Part shown: positions 29,325 through 40,009 of the stretch, piece by piece | Numbering within the stretch: the stretch's first letter is position 1 | How the letters are laid out: every line of letters starts with the position of its first letter | Source of the DNA: Candidatus Woesearchaeota archaeon | Lineage (GTDB): Archaea; Nanobdellota; Nanobdellia; SCGC-AAA011-G17; PNOQ01 | Direction: 5' to 3' | NCBI GenBank assembly: GCA_043812195.1 | Contig: JBDRML010000029.1 | Location: 32,001-96,000 of the forward strand | DNA: 64,000 nt | Made by a program: the position numbers and the translations under genes | The notes under the pieces: generated by a model | Databases searched by the model: none | What the model was told of the DNA's origin: nothing | The model's input: only the letters and a program-made list of their open reading frames with translations

Positions 29325-32300
29325 ATGGCAGAAAAATCAGTAGAACAAATAAAAAAAGTAATGAATAACCCAAGCCATATAAGAAACATCGCTATCGCAG
29401 CCCATATCGATTTTTTTTGAGATAAATTCTCAAAAGACGAGTGCATGGGAAATGCATAGCACCAGATTCAAGGCTCATTCTAAGAGATGGAACTATGTTA
29501 ACTGCTAAAAAATTATTTAACTTAGCAGAGAAAAAAGGAACAAAATTTGAAGAAACGAAAGACCATATAATTTATGATACTAACTCATTAAATTTAGAAG
29601 CATTTTCCCTAAACAAAACTAATGGAAAATTAGAAAAAAAACCAATACAACTAGCCTGGAAATTAAAAGGTGGGGACTTAATAAATATTAAATTAAGAAA
29701 CAATTTCAACATTTCCACAACACCAGAACACAAATATTTAGTCTTAGAAAATTTAGAGTTTACAGAAAAAGAAGCTAAAGATATAAAATTAGGAGATAGA
29801 ATAATCTGCCCAAGAAAGCTTGAAACTAATTCAAATATTAACATAAAACGCACAATTCTACTAAAATTAGCTGAAAAAAGATTTTACGTTAAAGTAAACA
29901 AAATCTTAGGAGAAAAAATAAAAAAATTCGTTCTGAAAGAAAAAGAAACAATAAAAAAAATAAACAAAGAAATAAAGTATAAATCATTTTATCATGGTTC
30001 ATGGCAAAATAGATATTTATTAAAAGACTTAATAGAAATTTCAAGTTTAATAAATATAAACTTGGAGTATTTGTATAACAATATAGAAACAATAATTTAT
30101 AGAAGCGGAGCTCAAAGAGGAAAAAGCTCGCTGCCAACAAAATTACCACAAAACTTTCAAAACTTTTATTATCTAGCAGGATTGTTTGTAGGAGATGGAC
30201 ATCATAAAAAATTCATAGTCGGAAAAAATGAGTTAAAATCTAAATTTGTAGAAATTTGCAATGAATTAGGAATAAATGTAACATATAGAAATTATGAATA
30301 CAGAACAGAAGAAATAGTAACAAACGCTACCTTATTAGAAATATTAAACTCATTATTTGATTATCCAAAAGTCAAAAAAAGCCATAATGTAAAAATATCA
30401 GAATTTCTTCTACTATCTCCAAAAAAATATTCTTCAAAATTCTTAAGAGGATACTTCGATACTGATGGATGTGTAGAAAAAAGCAGAAGAGCAGTAACAA
30501 TATCGTCTGCCAGTGATAAAATGATAGCAGATTTAAGTATGTTTTTATTAAGATTCGGTTGCATACCAATCATAGAAAAAGACAACACAATAACAATTAG
30601 TGGACAATCCATGATAAATTTTATAGCAGAAATAGGATTTGAAATTAAAGCAAAAATAGCCAAAGCAAACTCCATAAAACAAACAATAATCGGAAGCATG
30701 GTTTCAGATGTTATACCAGTAACACATAGTAACGGAATGATTTCACTACAAAAAAACTTCACCAATTCAGAAAAATTAATTAATTTTTGTGAAAAAAATG
30801 ATATCAGCATAGAAAATATAAGTAAAATATTAAGTAAAGATATCTCATACATAGAAGTAAAAGCTATAGAAACAAAAAATGAAGAATTTGTATATGACTT
30901 CACAGTAAAAGACAACCATAACTTTGCTGCAGAAGGTATGATTATTCATAATACCACATTTTCAGACAATCTTTTAGCAGGTGCAGGCATGATTTCTAAA
31001 GAACTAGCAGGTAAACAATTAGCCTTAGATTTTCACGAAGATGAGGCAACAAGAGGTATTACAATAGATTCAGCTAGCGTATCTATGCTTCACACAGTAA
31101 AGGGAGAAGATTACTTAATCAATTTAATAGACACACCAGGTCACGTAGATTTTGGTGGAGATGTTACTAGGGCTATGAGAGCAGTTGACGGTGCAATTGT
31201 ATTAGTAGATGCAGTTGAAGGAATAATGCCTCAAACAGAAACAGTTCTAAAACAAGCTCTAAGAGAAATGGTAAAACCAGTTCTTTTCATAAATAAAGTT
31301 GACCGTTTAATCAAAGAAGTTAAACTAACACCACAAGCAATGCAAGAAAGATTCATTAAAATTATATCAGACGCTAATGGGTTCATTGAAACTTTTGCAC
31401 CAGACGAATTCAAAAAGAAATGGCAATCAAACGTACAAGACGGAAGCGTAGCTTTTGGTTCAGCATTTCATAATTGGGCATTAAGTTTCCCATACATGCA
31501 AGAAAAAGGAATAAGCTTCAAAGATATTATAGATGCTTATGAAAAAGAAGATTGGAAAATTTTAGCAAAGAAAGCACCATTACATGAGGTTGTTTTGGGT
31601 ATGATAATTAAACACCACGTAAATCCAATCACAGCACAAGCATACAGAATTCCAAAAATATGGAAAGGAGATTTAGATACAGAAATAGGAAAATCTTTAT
31701 TAAATTGTGATCCAAAAGGACCTGTAGCATTTATAGTAACAAAAATAGTAATAGATAAACATGCAGGAGAAGTATCTGCAGGAAGATTATTCTCAGGAAC
31801 ATTAAAACAAGGTGATGAAGTTTGGCTTAACATGGGTAAAAAGAAAGTTAGGTTACAACAGGTATCAATTTACAAAGGCGCACAAAGAACTGCTTTTAAT
31901 GAAATTCCAGCAGGAAACATAGCAGGTTTAGTAGGATTAAAAGATACATTCGCAGGTGAAACTATATCTTCAGAACCAATGGAACCTTTCGAAGCAATTA
32001 AACATATCTTTGAACCTGTAATCACAAAATCCATAGAAGCTAAAAAAGCATCAGACTTAGCAAAATTAATTGATGTTTTAAAACAAGTTGGAAAAGAAGA
32101 TCCAAGTATCAAAATAGAAATCAATGAAGAAACTGGAGAAAATTTGATGCATGGTATGGGAGAATTACATTTAGAGATTATAGAAAACAGAATTAAATCT
32201 GAAAAAGGTTTAGATGTAACAACTTCAGAACCAATCGTTGTTTACAGAGAAACAGTTTCAAAAGTAAGTGCAGAAAAAGAAGGTAAAAGTCCAAATAAGC

Positions 32301-33022
32301 ATAATAAATTCTATATGGTTGTAGAACCTCTAGAAGATAGTGTGTATGATGCAATAAAAGCAGGAGATTTACCAGAAGGTAGAATAAAGAAAAAAGATAC
32401 AGAAACTATTCAAAAATTAGTGAAATTAGGATATGATGCCAAAGAAGCTAAAAATGTAAGACAAATTTACAAAGGAAACATGCTAATTGACAACACAAGA
32501 GGTATTGTTCATATCGGAGAAGTTATAGAAATGATTATGGATGCTTATCAACAAGTTATAGACGCAGGTCCTATTTGTAGAGAACCTTGTGGAAAACTAA
32601 AAGTAAGAATTATGGATATGAGACTACACGAAGATGCAATTCATAGAGGTCCAGCACAAGTTTATCCTGCTATCAGAGAATCAATAAAAGAAGCAATGGC
32701 AGATGCTAAATCTCACTTACTAGAACCTATTCAAATTGTACAAATAGAAAGTCCAGCAGAATATTTAGGAGAACTATCAGCATTAGTTCAAAATAAAAGA
32801 GGACAACTATTAAATGTAGATCAAGAAGGTGAACACATTACTGTAAAAGCAAAATTACCAGTAGCAGAAATGTTCGGCCTAGCATCAGATTTAAGATCAA
32901 CAACATCCGGAAGAGGAGTATACTTCATAGTAGATCAAATGTATGAGAAATTACCAGAAACTCTACAAGAAAAAATCAGAAAACAAATAAGATCAAGAAA
33001 AGGTTTAAGTGAAAACGCTTAA
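29325..33022 (+). CDS. fusA: Elongation factor 2, join(29325..29411,29444..33022), with putative mRNA intron and an intein; ~721 aa after both are removed
   Basis: IRNIAIAAHID + HGK[intein]TTFSD, RGITI, DTPGHVDF, NKVD, GMGELHLE, diphthamide loop HEDAIHRG. Confidence 0.93.
29412..29443 (+). other. 32-nt BHB intron in EF-2 mRNA (putative)
   Basis: CCCAT-ATCG-AT^T-TTTTTTGAGA-TAAAT-TCTCAAAAGA-CGAG-TG^C-ATGGG; removal restores the AHIDHGK P-loop; insert contains in-frame TGA. Confidence 0.82.
29453..30952 (+). mobile_element. Intein (500 aa) with LAGLIDADG homing endonuclease, inserted in the EF-2 P-loop
   Basis: Starts CIAPDS, TTPEHKY block B, YLAGLFVGDG and FLRGYFDTDG, ends VYDFTV..HNF...IIHN followed by Thr. 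Confidence 0.95.
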
Positions 33023-33426
33023 TTTTCTTCTTTTTCTTCAGCAACTTTATTTTCTAAACCATTAGTTTTTTTATTATTCCAATGATTTGGTAAATTTGTA
33101 AATATATTACTATGGTCATCTTTATAATTCTTTAATGTAGCAAATGCACCAACACCAGCAATAGCTCCAAAAATCTCTGGTAAAAGAAGATTATATGCCT
33201 TATTTAACACAGGAATATTCCTTAATCCAGGCATTTGACTAAGAATCGCTAAACCAGCCCTAACACCAAGTATTATACCATCAAGCTCCAAAGCTTCATT
33301 TAAATTAGGATCAGCCCCCACAACAGCTCTTAAAAGCAAACTACTACCATAACCAGGCACAAATGCCCCAAAAAGAGTCATTGAACTATAACCTAAAACA
33401 GCCAATCCTTGTTTCACATATTTCAT
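33019..33426 (-). CDS. Hypothetical membrane protein
   Basis: 135 aa with hydrophobic Gly/Ala/Leu segments. Confidence 0.6.
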   Translation of the reverse strand: MKYVKQGLAVLGYSSMTLFGAFVPGYGSSLLLRAVVGADPNLNEALELDGIILGVRAGLAILSQMPGLRNIPVLNKAYNLLLPEIFGAIAGVGAFATLKNYKDDHSNIFTNLPNHWNNKKTNGLENKVAEEKEEN

Positions 33427-33541
33427 TTTAACTCGACTATGAGAATATACAAAATCTTATAAAGCATTCTAAAACACAAACAAAACATTTATAAACCCCC
33501 TAATTGTTCAAAATCTGTTATAATCAAGAGGAGGATTACAA

Positions 33542-34828
33542 ATGGCTAAAGAAAAACCACACATAAATATTGTATTTGTAGGTCACGTAGATCACGGTAA
33601 GTCTACTACAGTAGGTAGACTAATGTATGACTCTGGAAATCTACCAGAACAGGAACTTAGAAAATTAAAAGAGAAAGCTCAAGAGTTAGGAAAAGCAGGT
33701 TTCGAATTTGCTTTTGTTATGGATAACTTAAAAGAAGAAAGAGAAAGAGGAGTTACAATTGACTTATCTCACAAAAAATTCAATACTCAAAAATTTGAAT
33801 ACACAATTATAGATGCTCCTGGACACAGAGACTTTGTTAAGAACATGATTACTGGAGCAAGTCAAGCAGACGTAGCTTTCTTAGTTATTGCAGCTGGTGA
33901 GGGTATTATGGCCCAAACTAAAGAACACTTAATTCTTTGTAAAACAATGGGAATTAATCAAATCGCTATTGCAGTTAATAAGATGGATACTGTTAATTAT
34001 GCTGAAGATAAATTTAACGCTGTTAAAGTAGAAATCTCAAAGTTTTTAACACCTATGGGATATAATCCTGCTGAAACACCTTTCTTAGCAATTAGTGCTC
34101 TTAAAGGAGATAACATTGCTAAAAAATCTGAAAATATGTCTTGGTATAAAGGTCCAACAATACTTGAACAATTAGATTTATTCAAAGAACCTGAAAAACC
34201 AACAAATTTACCATTAAGACTACCTATTCAAGATGTTTATAACATCCCAGGTATTGGAACAGTACCAGTAGGAAAAGTAGAAACAGGTGTAATGAAAGTA
34301 GGACAAAAAGTAATTGTTATTCCTGCAAGAGAAGGTAAAGGTGTTACAGGCGAAGTTAAGACTATAGAAATGCATCATGAACAAATGCAAGAAGCTATAC
34401 CTGGAGACAACGTTGGTTTCAGTGTAAGAGGAATTGGTAAGAAAGACATTGCAAGAGGAGATGTTCTTGGAGATGTTAACAATCCACCTACACTAGTAAG
34501 TGAATTTACAGCACAGATATTTCTCATGGACCATCCAAGTGTTATGACAGTAGGATACACACCAGTATTTCACATACACACAGCACAGGTAGCATGTCAA
34601 ATAACTAAGTTAATAAAAAAGATTAACCCAGCAACAGGTGAAACAATAGAAGAAAATCCAGATATGTTAAAAAATGGAGAAGCAGCTATTGTTCAAGTTA
34701 AACCATCTAAACCTTTAGTAATTGAAAAGAAATCAGACATTCCACAAATGTCAAGATTTGCCATTAGGGATGCTGGATCAACAGTTGCAGCTGGAACCTG
34801 TATTGACTTAATAAAGAAGACACTTTAA
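33542..34828 (+). CDS. tuf: Elongation factor 1-alpha
   Basis: [29 protein letters not shown]; GAGGAGG RBS. Confidence 0.97.
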   Translation: MAKEKPHINIVFVGHVDHGKSTTVGRLMYDSGNLPEQELRKLKEKAQELGKAGFEFAFVMDNLKEERERGVTIDLSHKKFNTQKFEYTIIDAPGHRDFVKNMITGASQADVAFLVIAAGEGIMAQTKEHLILCKTMGINQIAIAVNKMDTVNYAEDKFNAVKVEISKFLTPMGYNPAETPFLAISALKGDNIAKKSENMSWYKGPTILEQLDLFKEPEKPTNLPLRLPIQDVYNIPGIGTVPVGKVETGVMKVGQKVIVIPAREGKGVTGEVKTIEMHHEQMQEAIPGDNVGFSVRGIGKKDIARGDVLGDVNNPPTLVSEFTAQIFLMDHPSVMTVGYTPVFHIHTAQVACQITKLIKKINPATGETIEENPDMLKNGEAAIVQVKPSKPLVIEKKSDIPQMSRFAIRDAGSTVAAGTCIDLIKKTL

Positions 34829-34830
34829 AT

Positions 34831-35499
34831 TTAATCTATTTCTTTTATTTTTTTATTTATTTTATCTCTGTATAAATATATTAATACACTTAATATAGAC
34901 ACAGCTAATATTAAAACAAAAACCTGTGTAAAATTATAATGTGAAACACCTGCTCCTATTAAAGTTGCTATTAATATGCTCGGAAATCTTCCCAAAATAA
35001 GTACAAATAAAAATGGACCTAATCTAATTCCAGATGCTCCAGCCAAAAAAACAATAATATCAGAAGGAGTTATAGGTATAGCAAATATAATAAATAAAAA
35101 TAATAATTTCTTTCTTGCCGGAAAGTTCTCAAGCCTTTCAATATTTTCTTTCTTAAATATTTTAATAAGAAATGGTTTTCCAAATTTTTCTCCTATCTTA
35201 AATGCAATATATCCACCGATAATAGTTCCAATTATAGCATAAAGAGTTCCTTCCCAAAATCCAAATATAAAACCAGCTGCAGTCACAAAAGGCGCACCAG
35301 GTATAGGAGCCAATAATATCTGTGCAATAATCATAAAAACCATAGCTATTCCAGCAAAATCTCCAAATCCTAAAATATGCTCTTTAACAGCATTTAAATT
35401 TTGAATAAAAGTTAAGATATTTTCTCTAAAAATAAAACTAAGAAAAACTAAAATTAATAAAATAAAAACAACAATAAATGATTTAGTATATTTTTTCAT
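34831..35499 (-). CDS. TVP38/TMEM64 (DedA-like) membrane protein
   Basis: LAPIPG..AAGFIFGFWEG, P.TPSDII.FLAG, GRFP motifs. Confidence 0.82.
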   Translation of the reverse strand: MKKYTKSFIVVFILLILVFLSFIFRENILTFIQNLNAVKEHILGFGDFAGIAMVFMIIAQILLAPIPGAPFVTAAGFIFGFWEGTLYAIIGTIIGGYIAFKIGEKFGKPFLIKIFKKENIERLENFPARKKLLFLFIIFAIPITPSDIIVFLAGASGIRLGPFLFVLILGRFPSILIATLIGAGVSHYNFTQVFVLILAVSILSVLIYLYRDKINKKIKEID

Positions 35500-35541
35500 T
35501 ATTCTTTAAATTTAAAAATAAAAGATTATAAACATATCTGT

Positions 35542-36489
35542 TTAATTTGGAACCCTTATTCTATAACCTGCTGAAATTCTATTATAATTCTTAATATCTA
35601 GATTGACTATTTTAAGTTCATCTACTGGTACATTATGTTTTATACTCACATCATTAAATGTTTCTTTATTTCCAAGACTATATGGTCTTGTATTCTCAAT
35701 TTTCTTAGAGAATAATTCTCTTTGTTCATATCCTAATTGATTAGTTTCTATTAATTTCATTAATGCACCGGTCTTTGCAATATAATCTCTTAAATGAGAA
35801 TATCTATTTAATAAAGAATTGCCACTAAGTTTAGTATAAACTCCATCATGATACGTTACAAGAACTTGCTCCATAGTTGGATTATTATTCCCTCTTTCTT
35901 TATATTCTTCCTTTATTTCCATAATATGGTTTCTAAACATTTTTATACTTTCATTAGGCAAATATCTTGTATCAAAATCTCTTTCTATTACAGCTCCATT
36001 TCTTTTAGCAGTTTCAGCATTAAACTGATACAATCCCTTTGGACCTGTTGGAGATTTAGCTCTTGGATCGCCCATTGATTCAGCAATAGCCAAAGCATAA
36101 GCAAAAGAAGTGTCTATACCAGAAGAGTTTACATAATCCATATAACTTGATAATTTGCTTCTTGCTTCTGAATATGATTTATATTCAAAATTTTGATCTC
36201 CATTACTATTTCTCCTTAAAATCCTATCCGCTCTCCTATCAATAATTCCCTCAAGATCATCAGATAACTCAAATCCAATTCTTGGAGTTTCAACTTTTAC
36301 ATATTTAGCTTCGTTAGTTAATTCAACAGCTGTACTATCTTCAGCTAAACTATCTAAATTTTCTCTATTATTAAATGAAGATCCTGTAGAACTTGCAAGT
36401 ATTAAAGCAAATACAACAGCAGAAGACAAGCTAGCTATACCATTTAATAGGCTTCTTCTATTTCTCCTTCTTATTAAGTCTCTTCTCAT
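35542..36489 (-). CDS. Membrane-anchored lytic transglycosylase (SLT) with C-terminal LysM
   Basis: AESMGDPRAKSPTGPKGLYQF, TYHDG; LysM-like KETFNDVSIKHNVPVDELKIVN...ISAGYRIRVP; N-terminal TM. Confidence 0.8.
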   Translation of the reverse strand: MRRDLIRRRNRRSLLNGIASLSSAVVFALILASSTGSSFNNRENLDSLAEDSTAVELTNEAKYVKVETPRIGFELSDDLEGIIDRRADRILRRNSNGDQNFEYKSYSEARSKLSSYMDYVNSSGIDTSFAYALAIAESMGDPRAKSPTGPKGLYQFNAETAKRNGAVIERDFDTRYLPNESIKMFRNHIMEIKEEYKERGNNNPTMEQVLVTYHDGVYTKLSGNSLLNRYSHLRDYIAKTGALMKLIETNQLGYEQRELFSKKIENTRPYSLGNKETFNDVSIKHNVPVDELKIVNLDIKNYNRISAGYRIRVPN

Positions 36490-36719
36490 TTTAAATTGAA
36501 AACATTTTGTCCAGAACAGCATATTTATATAAATTTCGATGCTATAGTGTATTTTTTGCCCCTATTTTAAAAGATGTATTTTTTTATAACAACTTATTTA
36601 TAAATCTTTCTATTTGTTATTACTAATTAGAAGTTATAGAAACTAAAAACAACTCTTTAAAGAACCAGCAGAGAGCAGCAGAAACCTTTATAAATAGCCT
36701 ATTCACCACAACTATTTAA

Positions 36720-37031
36720 ATGCAAAAAGCAAGAATAAATTTATCAAGTATAAATATAGGAAAACTAAATCAAATCTGCGAATCTATTAAAGATATCGCT
36801 GAAAAAACTAAAGTTGTATTAAAGGGTCCTATTCCTTTACCAACTAAAAAATTAAAACACACAGTAAGAAAATCTCCAGATGGAGAAGGTAAAGCTTCTT
36901 GGGAAAACTATGAATTAAGAATCCATAAAAGATTAATAGATTTAGGTGTAGATGACAGAGCTTTAAGACTAATTATGAGAGTTCCAATCCCAGAAGGTGT
37001 AGATATAGAAATTGAACTTTTAGAAGAATAA
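36720..37031 (+). CDS. rps10: 30S ribosomal protein S10
   Basis: GPIPLPTK, RKSPDGEG, RIHKRLID. Confidence 0.96.
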   Translation: MQKARINLSSINIGKLNQICESIKDIAEKTKVVLKGPIPLPTKKLKHTVRKSPDGEGKASWENYELRIHKRLIDLGVDDRALRLIMRVPIPEGVDIEIELLEE

Positions 37032-37096
37032 AATATAAAAGCTTAAAAAGAACAAATATCCTATAATATCATATCAAACTTAAAAAGGAGGCAAAA

Positions 37097-37597
37097 ATGG
37101 GAAGATTAAAAAGACCTGAAAAAGGAATTACAGGAGCAATAACACACCCAGTAAGAACTCTAAAAAAATTAACTACATATGCATTAATAGGATATGGTGT
37201 ATATTGTTTTGGTGGAGGAGCAGTTTCTACCTTAACAAAACCAGAAGCAGACAGAAAATTTTCAACATATGTTGGAGAAGTAATTAAAAGAGCAGATGAT
37301 CCAATTATTCTTTATGGAAATATTGCTAGAGAAGTAAGTGAATTTAGAGAAGGTTATAACAAGAGTATGGAAGAATCAGATTATAAAAAAATACATAAAG
37401 AAGTTATTGAAAATTTAGAAAAATTAAGAGATGCAACAAAAAATAAAAAACTTAAAGATACGTATCAAAGACAGATAGATGAAATCGAAAAAATTACACC
37501 TGAAGAAAGAGCAAAATTAATAAGAATGTTTGAAGCAATAGGTGAGGGGTTCGAAAGTGCAGGAAATAAAGGAAAAACTGAAGAGACTTCACAATAA
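37097..37597 (+). CDS. Hypothetical membrane-anchored protein
   Basis: GGAGG RBS, one TM segment, helical C-terminus. Confidence 0.65.
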   Translation: MGRLKRPEKGITGAITHPVRTLKKLTTYALIGYGVYCFGGGAVSTLTKPEADRKFSTYVGEVIKRADDPIILYGNIAREVSEFREGYNKSMEESDYKKIHKEVIENLEKLRDATKNKKLKDTYQRQIDEIEKITPEERAKLIRMFEAIGEGFESAGNKGKTEETSQ

Positions 37598-38351
37598 AAT
37601 AAAAAAGTCTTTCAAACCTTTCTTAAAATTTGGTTCAGCAATAAAATTAATTTATTTATATGGATCTGTAACTAAAAAATACAAACCAACTTCTGACATA
37701 GACATACTCATAGTTATAGATAACACAAAACAGCTAAAAGAATCCAAAATAAAAAACATAGAAAAAACAGCAGCTAAGATTACAAAAGATTTTAAAAAAA
37801 TGGGAATGGATCTACACATTCAACCATTAAAGCCATTAAGCTTATGGTGGAAAATTTTAATCGATGGTGAACCCTGGATGATAACATCTATTAAAAATAG
37901 TATAGTAATCCAAGATAAAGATAATTTAATGAAAGAAATAAAACAATTCATTAAGAAAAAAACAGTTTATAGCAGAGAAGAAAGAGCAGAAAAGTTATTA
38001 GAAAGAGCAGAAAAATTTCATTCTGAAAACAGAGATTTATTATTAGACACAATTTCATTATTGTCCAACGCAGCCACAGAATCAGCACAGATCTTGTTAT
38101 TATTCGATAATAAAATAATTTTCAATAAAGAAAAAATACTAGAATCACTAAAAAAGAAATATTCTAAAGAAATCAATTTAGGAACATATCAAGAAATAAT
38201 AGATTTAGAAAAAAAAGCCAGAAAAGGAACGCTAACAGAATTTTCAGGAAAAAATTTATCTTATTACACAAACAAAGTTCAAAATTTCATAGAACAAATA
38301 GAAATTCTAACTTTAAAAATATCAGAGGAATATATTAAGAATGAAAAATAA
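37542..38351 (+). CDS. Nucleotidyltransferase (MNT) plus HEPN-like domain protein
   Basis: LYGSV...SDIDILIVID; helical C-terminal domain. Confidence 0.75.
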   Translation: MRGSKVQEIKEKLKRLHNKIKKSFKPFLKFGSAIKLIYLYGSVTKKYKPTSDIDILIVIDNTKQLKESKIKNIEKTAAKITKDFKKMGMDLHIQPLKPLSLWWKILIDGEPWMITSIKNSIVIQDKDNLMKEIKQFIKKKTVYSREERAEKLLERAEKFHSENRDLLLDTISLLSNAATESAQILLLFDNKIIFNKEKILESLKKKYSKEINLGTYQEIIDLEKKARKGTLTEFSGKNLSYYTNKVQNFIEQIEILTLKISEEYIKNEK

Positions 38352-39021
38352 TATATTAAACATAAAAAAAGAATTAATCAAAAATATAAAAGAAATAAAA
38401 TCCATATGGATTATTAATGAAGATATATACATTCTAATCCCTGATAGCATAAAAAAAGAAAAAAAAGAAATAATTCAAAAAATTAAAAAAATAACAAAAG
38501 ATATTAAAATTAATGTTTTAGAAATTGATGAATTATTTAGGGAAATAACAGATTATAATAAAAAATTACTAATTGATATTAGAGATGGCGATCTATTATA
38601 TGATAAGTTAGGATTTATTAAATCAATCAAAATAAATATCAGAGAAGGAAATATAGTGGGCACAAAAGAATCTCTTTTTAGAAAATTTGTAAATATTGAA
38701 AAAAATTTAAAAGAAATAGAGCAAATAAAACGCGAGATAATATCAAATTTATATACATCTGCAATAGAAGCCTCACAAGCCATGATGCTAGCTTCAGGAC
38801 TTGATATAACAACACAAAAAAAAGTCCCAATTAGATTAAAAAAATTGTACAAAAGAGAGATAATTGATAAAGAGAGTTTAAATTTAATTAAAGAAATAAT
38901 AAAAGCTTACAAAAACTTTGAATATATAAAATCAAAAATTCCAAGCCCGGAAATATTAGACAATTATATTAAAAAAATGGACAACTTTTTAATAAAAACA
39001 AGAAATGCAATATATAAATAA
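38341..39021 (+). CDS. Degenerate nucleotidyltransferase/HEPN-like paralogue
   Basis: IRDGDLLYDKLGF, LYTSAIEASQAMML resemble the upstream gene. Confidence 0.6.
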   Translation: MKNNILNIKKELIKNIKEIKSIWIINEDIYILIPDSIKKEKKEIIQKIKKITKDIKINVLEIDELFREITDYNKKLLIDIRDGDLLYDKLGFIKSIKINIREGNIVGTKESLFRKFVNIEKNLKEIEQIKREIISNLYTSAIEASQAMMLASGLDITTQKKVPIRLKKLYKREIIDKESLNLIKEIIKAYKNFEYIKSKIPSPEILDNYIKKMDNFLIKTRNAIYK

Positions 39022-39022
39022 A

Positions 39023-39520
39023 TTAATTAACTTCCCTTTTCTCAGGTTTAACATATTCCAATCCAAGAGCCTTAAAAACTCCCTCTTCAGTTTTGCCAGC
39101 TATTTTTTTACCTGTTTTTCTATTAAAAACCCCATATTCATTTAATTTTAAGCCTTTTCTAATCGCCTTTATTCTTAAAACAATATCATATTCTTTGCTC
39201 CCAGTAAAGTATTGTAAAGCAGCACCATAACTAGAATCATCAACAACTCTTAAATCAACATTTATTCCTTTTTTTAGTTTAACAGAAGATCTAGTAGAAC
39301 CCTTAGACACAACACTTCCAACTTCAGACATATTAACAAATTTTTCAATAACCAATTCATGATTTTTAGCTGAAACTAATATATCTATATCTTTAACCAT
39401 TTCTTTTTTTCTTCTAATAGAACCAGCTATTTCAACTCTGACAACACCTTTGATTTTTTTTAATTTATTTTTAATTTTATTAGCAATAGGCAATAATTCA
39501 CTTCTAGGATATTTTTTCAT
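39023..39520 (-). CDS. polX: Minimal family X DNA polymerase (palm+thumb only)
   Basis: AGSIRR, KDIDILV, VDLRV, YFTGSK, LNEYG motifs in 165 aa. Confidence 0.85.
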   Translation of the reverse strand: MKKYPRSELLPIANKIKNKLKKIKGVVRVEIAGSIRRKKEMVKDIDILVSAKNHELVIEKFVNMSEVGSVVSKGSTRSSVKLKKGINVDLRVVDDSSYGAALQYFTGSKEYDIVLRIKAIRKGLKLNEYGVFNRKTGKKIAGKTEEGVFKALGLEYVKPEKREVN

Positions 39521-39542
39521 ATTAAACTTTTAGAAATACTAA

Positions 39543-39965
39543 TTAAAAAAGTTTTCCTTGTATATATTTTGGAATATTATCAAATTTTTTTCTATCTCTA
39601 ATATAATCCGCTTCATTATACTCAGTAGAAGCTAACGTAAATAATAAACAATCATCAGAATAGTTATACATTTTATGCCATATCATCGGTTTAACAATCA
39701 AAATATTGTCTCCCCTTAAACTTACTTCAACTTTTTCATATCCATTATTTAATTCTATATCGCAGCTTCCTCTAGCACAAAATAATGCCTGAATTGGTTC
39801 TTCAGGATGAACATGATCTCCTCTCTTTATTAAAAGGCTTGTAGCGCCAGCCCAAAAAATTCTCTCAATTTTAAAAGGCAAATCAGAATTCTGAATAACA
39901 GACAAATCACCTCTTTGATCCTTAACTTGTTTAATTTTCAATAATTTATATTCTAACATCTGCAA
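39543..39965 (-). CDS. FdtA/QdtA/WxcM-like sugar 3,4-ketoisomerase (cupin)
   Basis: DQRGDLSV, PFKIERIF, RGDHVH, IWHKM, YNEADYIRD. Confidence 0.85.
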   Translation of the reverse strand: MQMLEYKLLKIKQVKDQRGDLSVIQNSDLPFKIERIFWAGATSLLIKRGDHVHPEEPIQALFCARGSCDIELNNGYEKVEVSLRGDNILIVKPMIWHKMYNYSDDCLLFTLASTEYNEADYIRDRKKFDNIPKYIQGKLF

Positions 39966-40009
39966 AAGAAAGCATCAAAGAATCATTTATATAAGCTCCT
40001 ATTTCACAG

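Noticed and set aside
29411-29418. Slippage or ribosomal frameshift at the T8 tract as the explanation for the EF-2 break
   Set aside because: It would leave about ten extra residues inside the invariant P-loop, whereas BHB cleavage gives an exact restoration.
29441-29443. GTG start for EF-2 given by the ORF track
   Set aside because: It would delete half of the P-loop; the N-terminus is encoded from 29325 in another frame.
4661-35242. Many antisense ORFs overlapping core genes (e.g. 4661-5026, 19981-20391, 30361-30915)
   Set aside because: Shadow frames of well-supported genes, with biased composition and no motifs.
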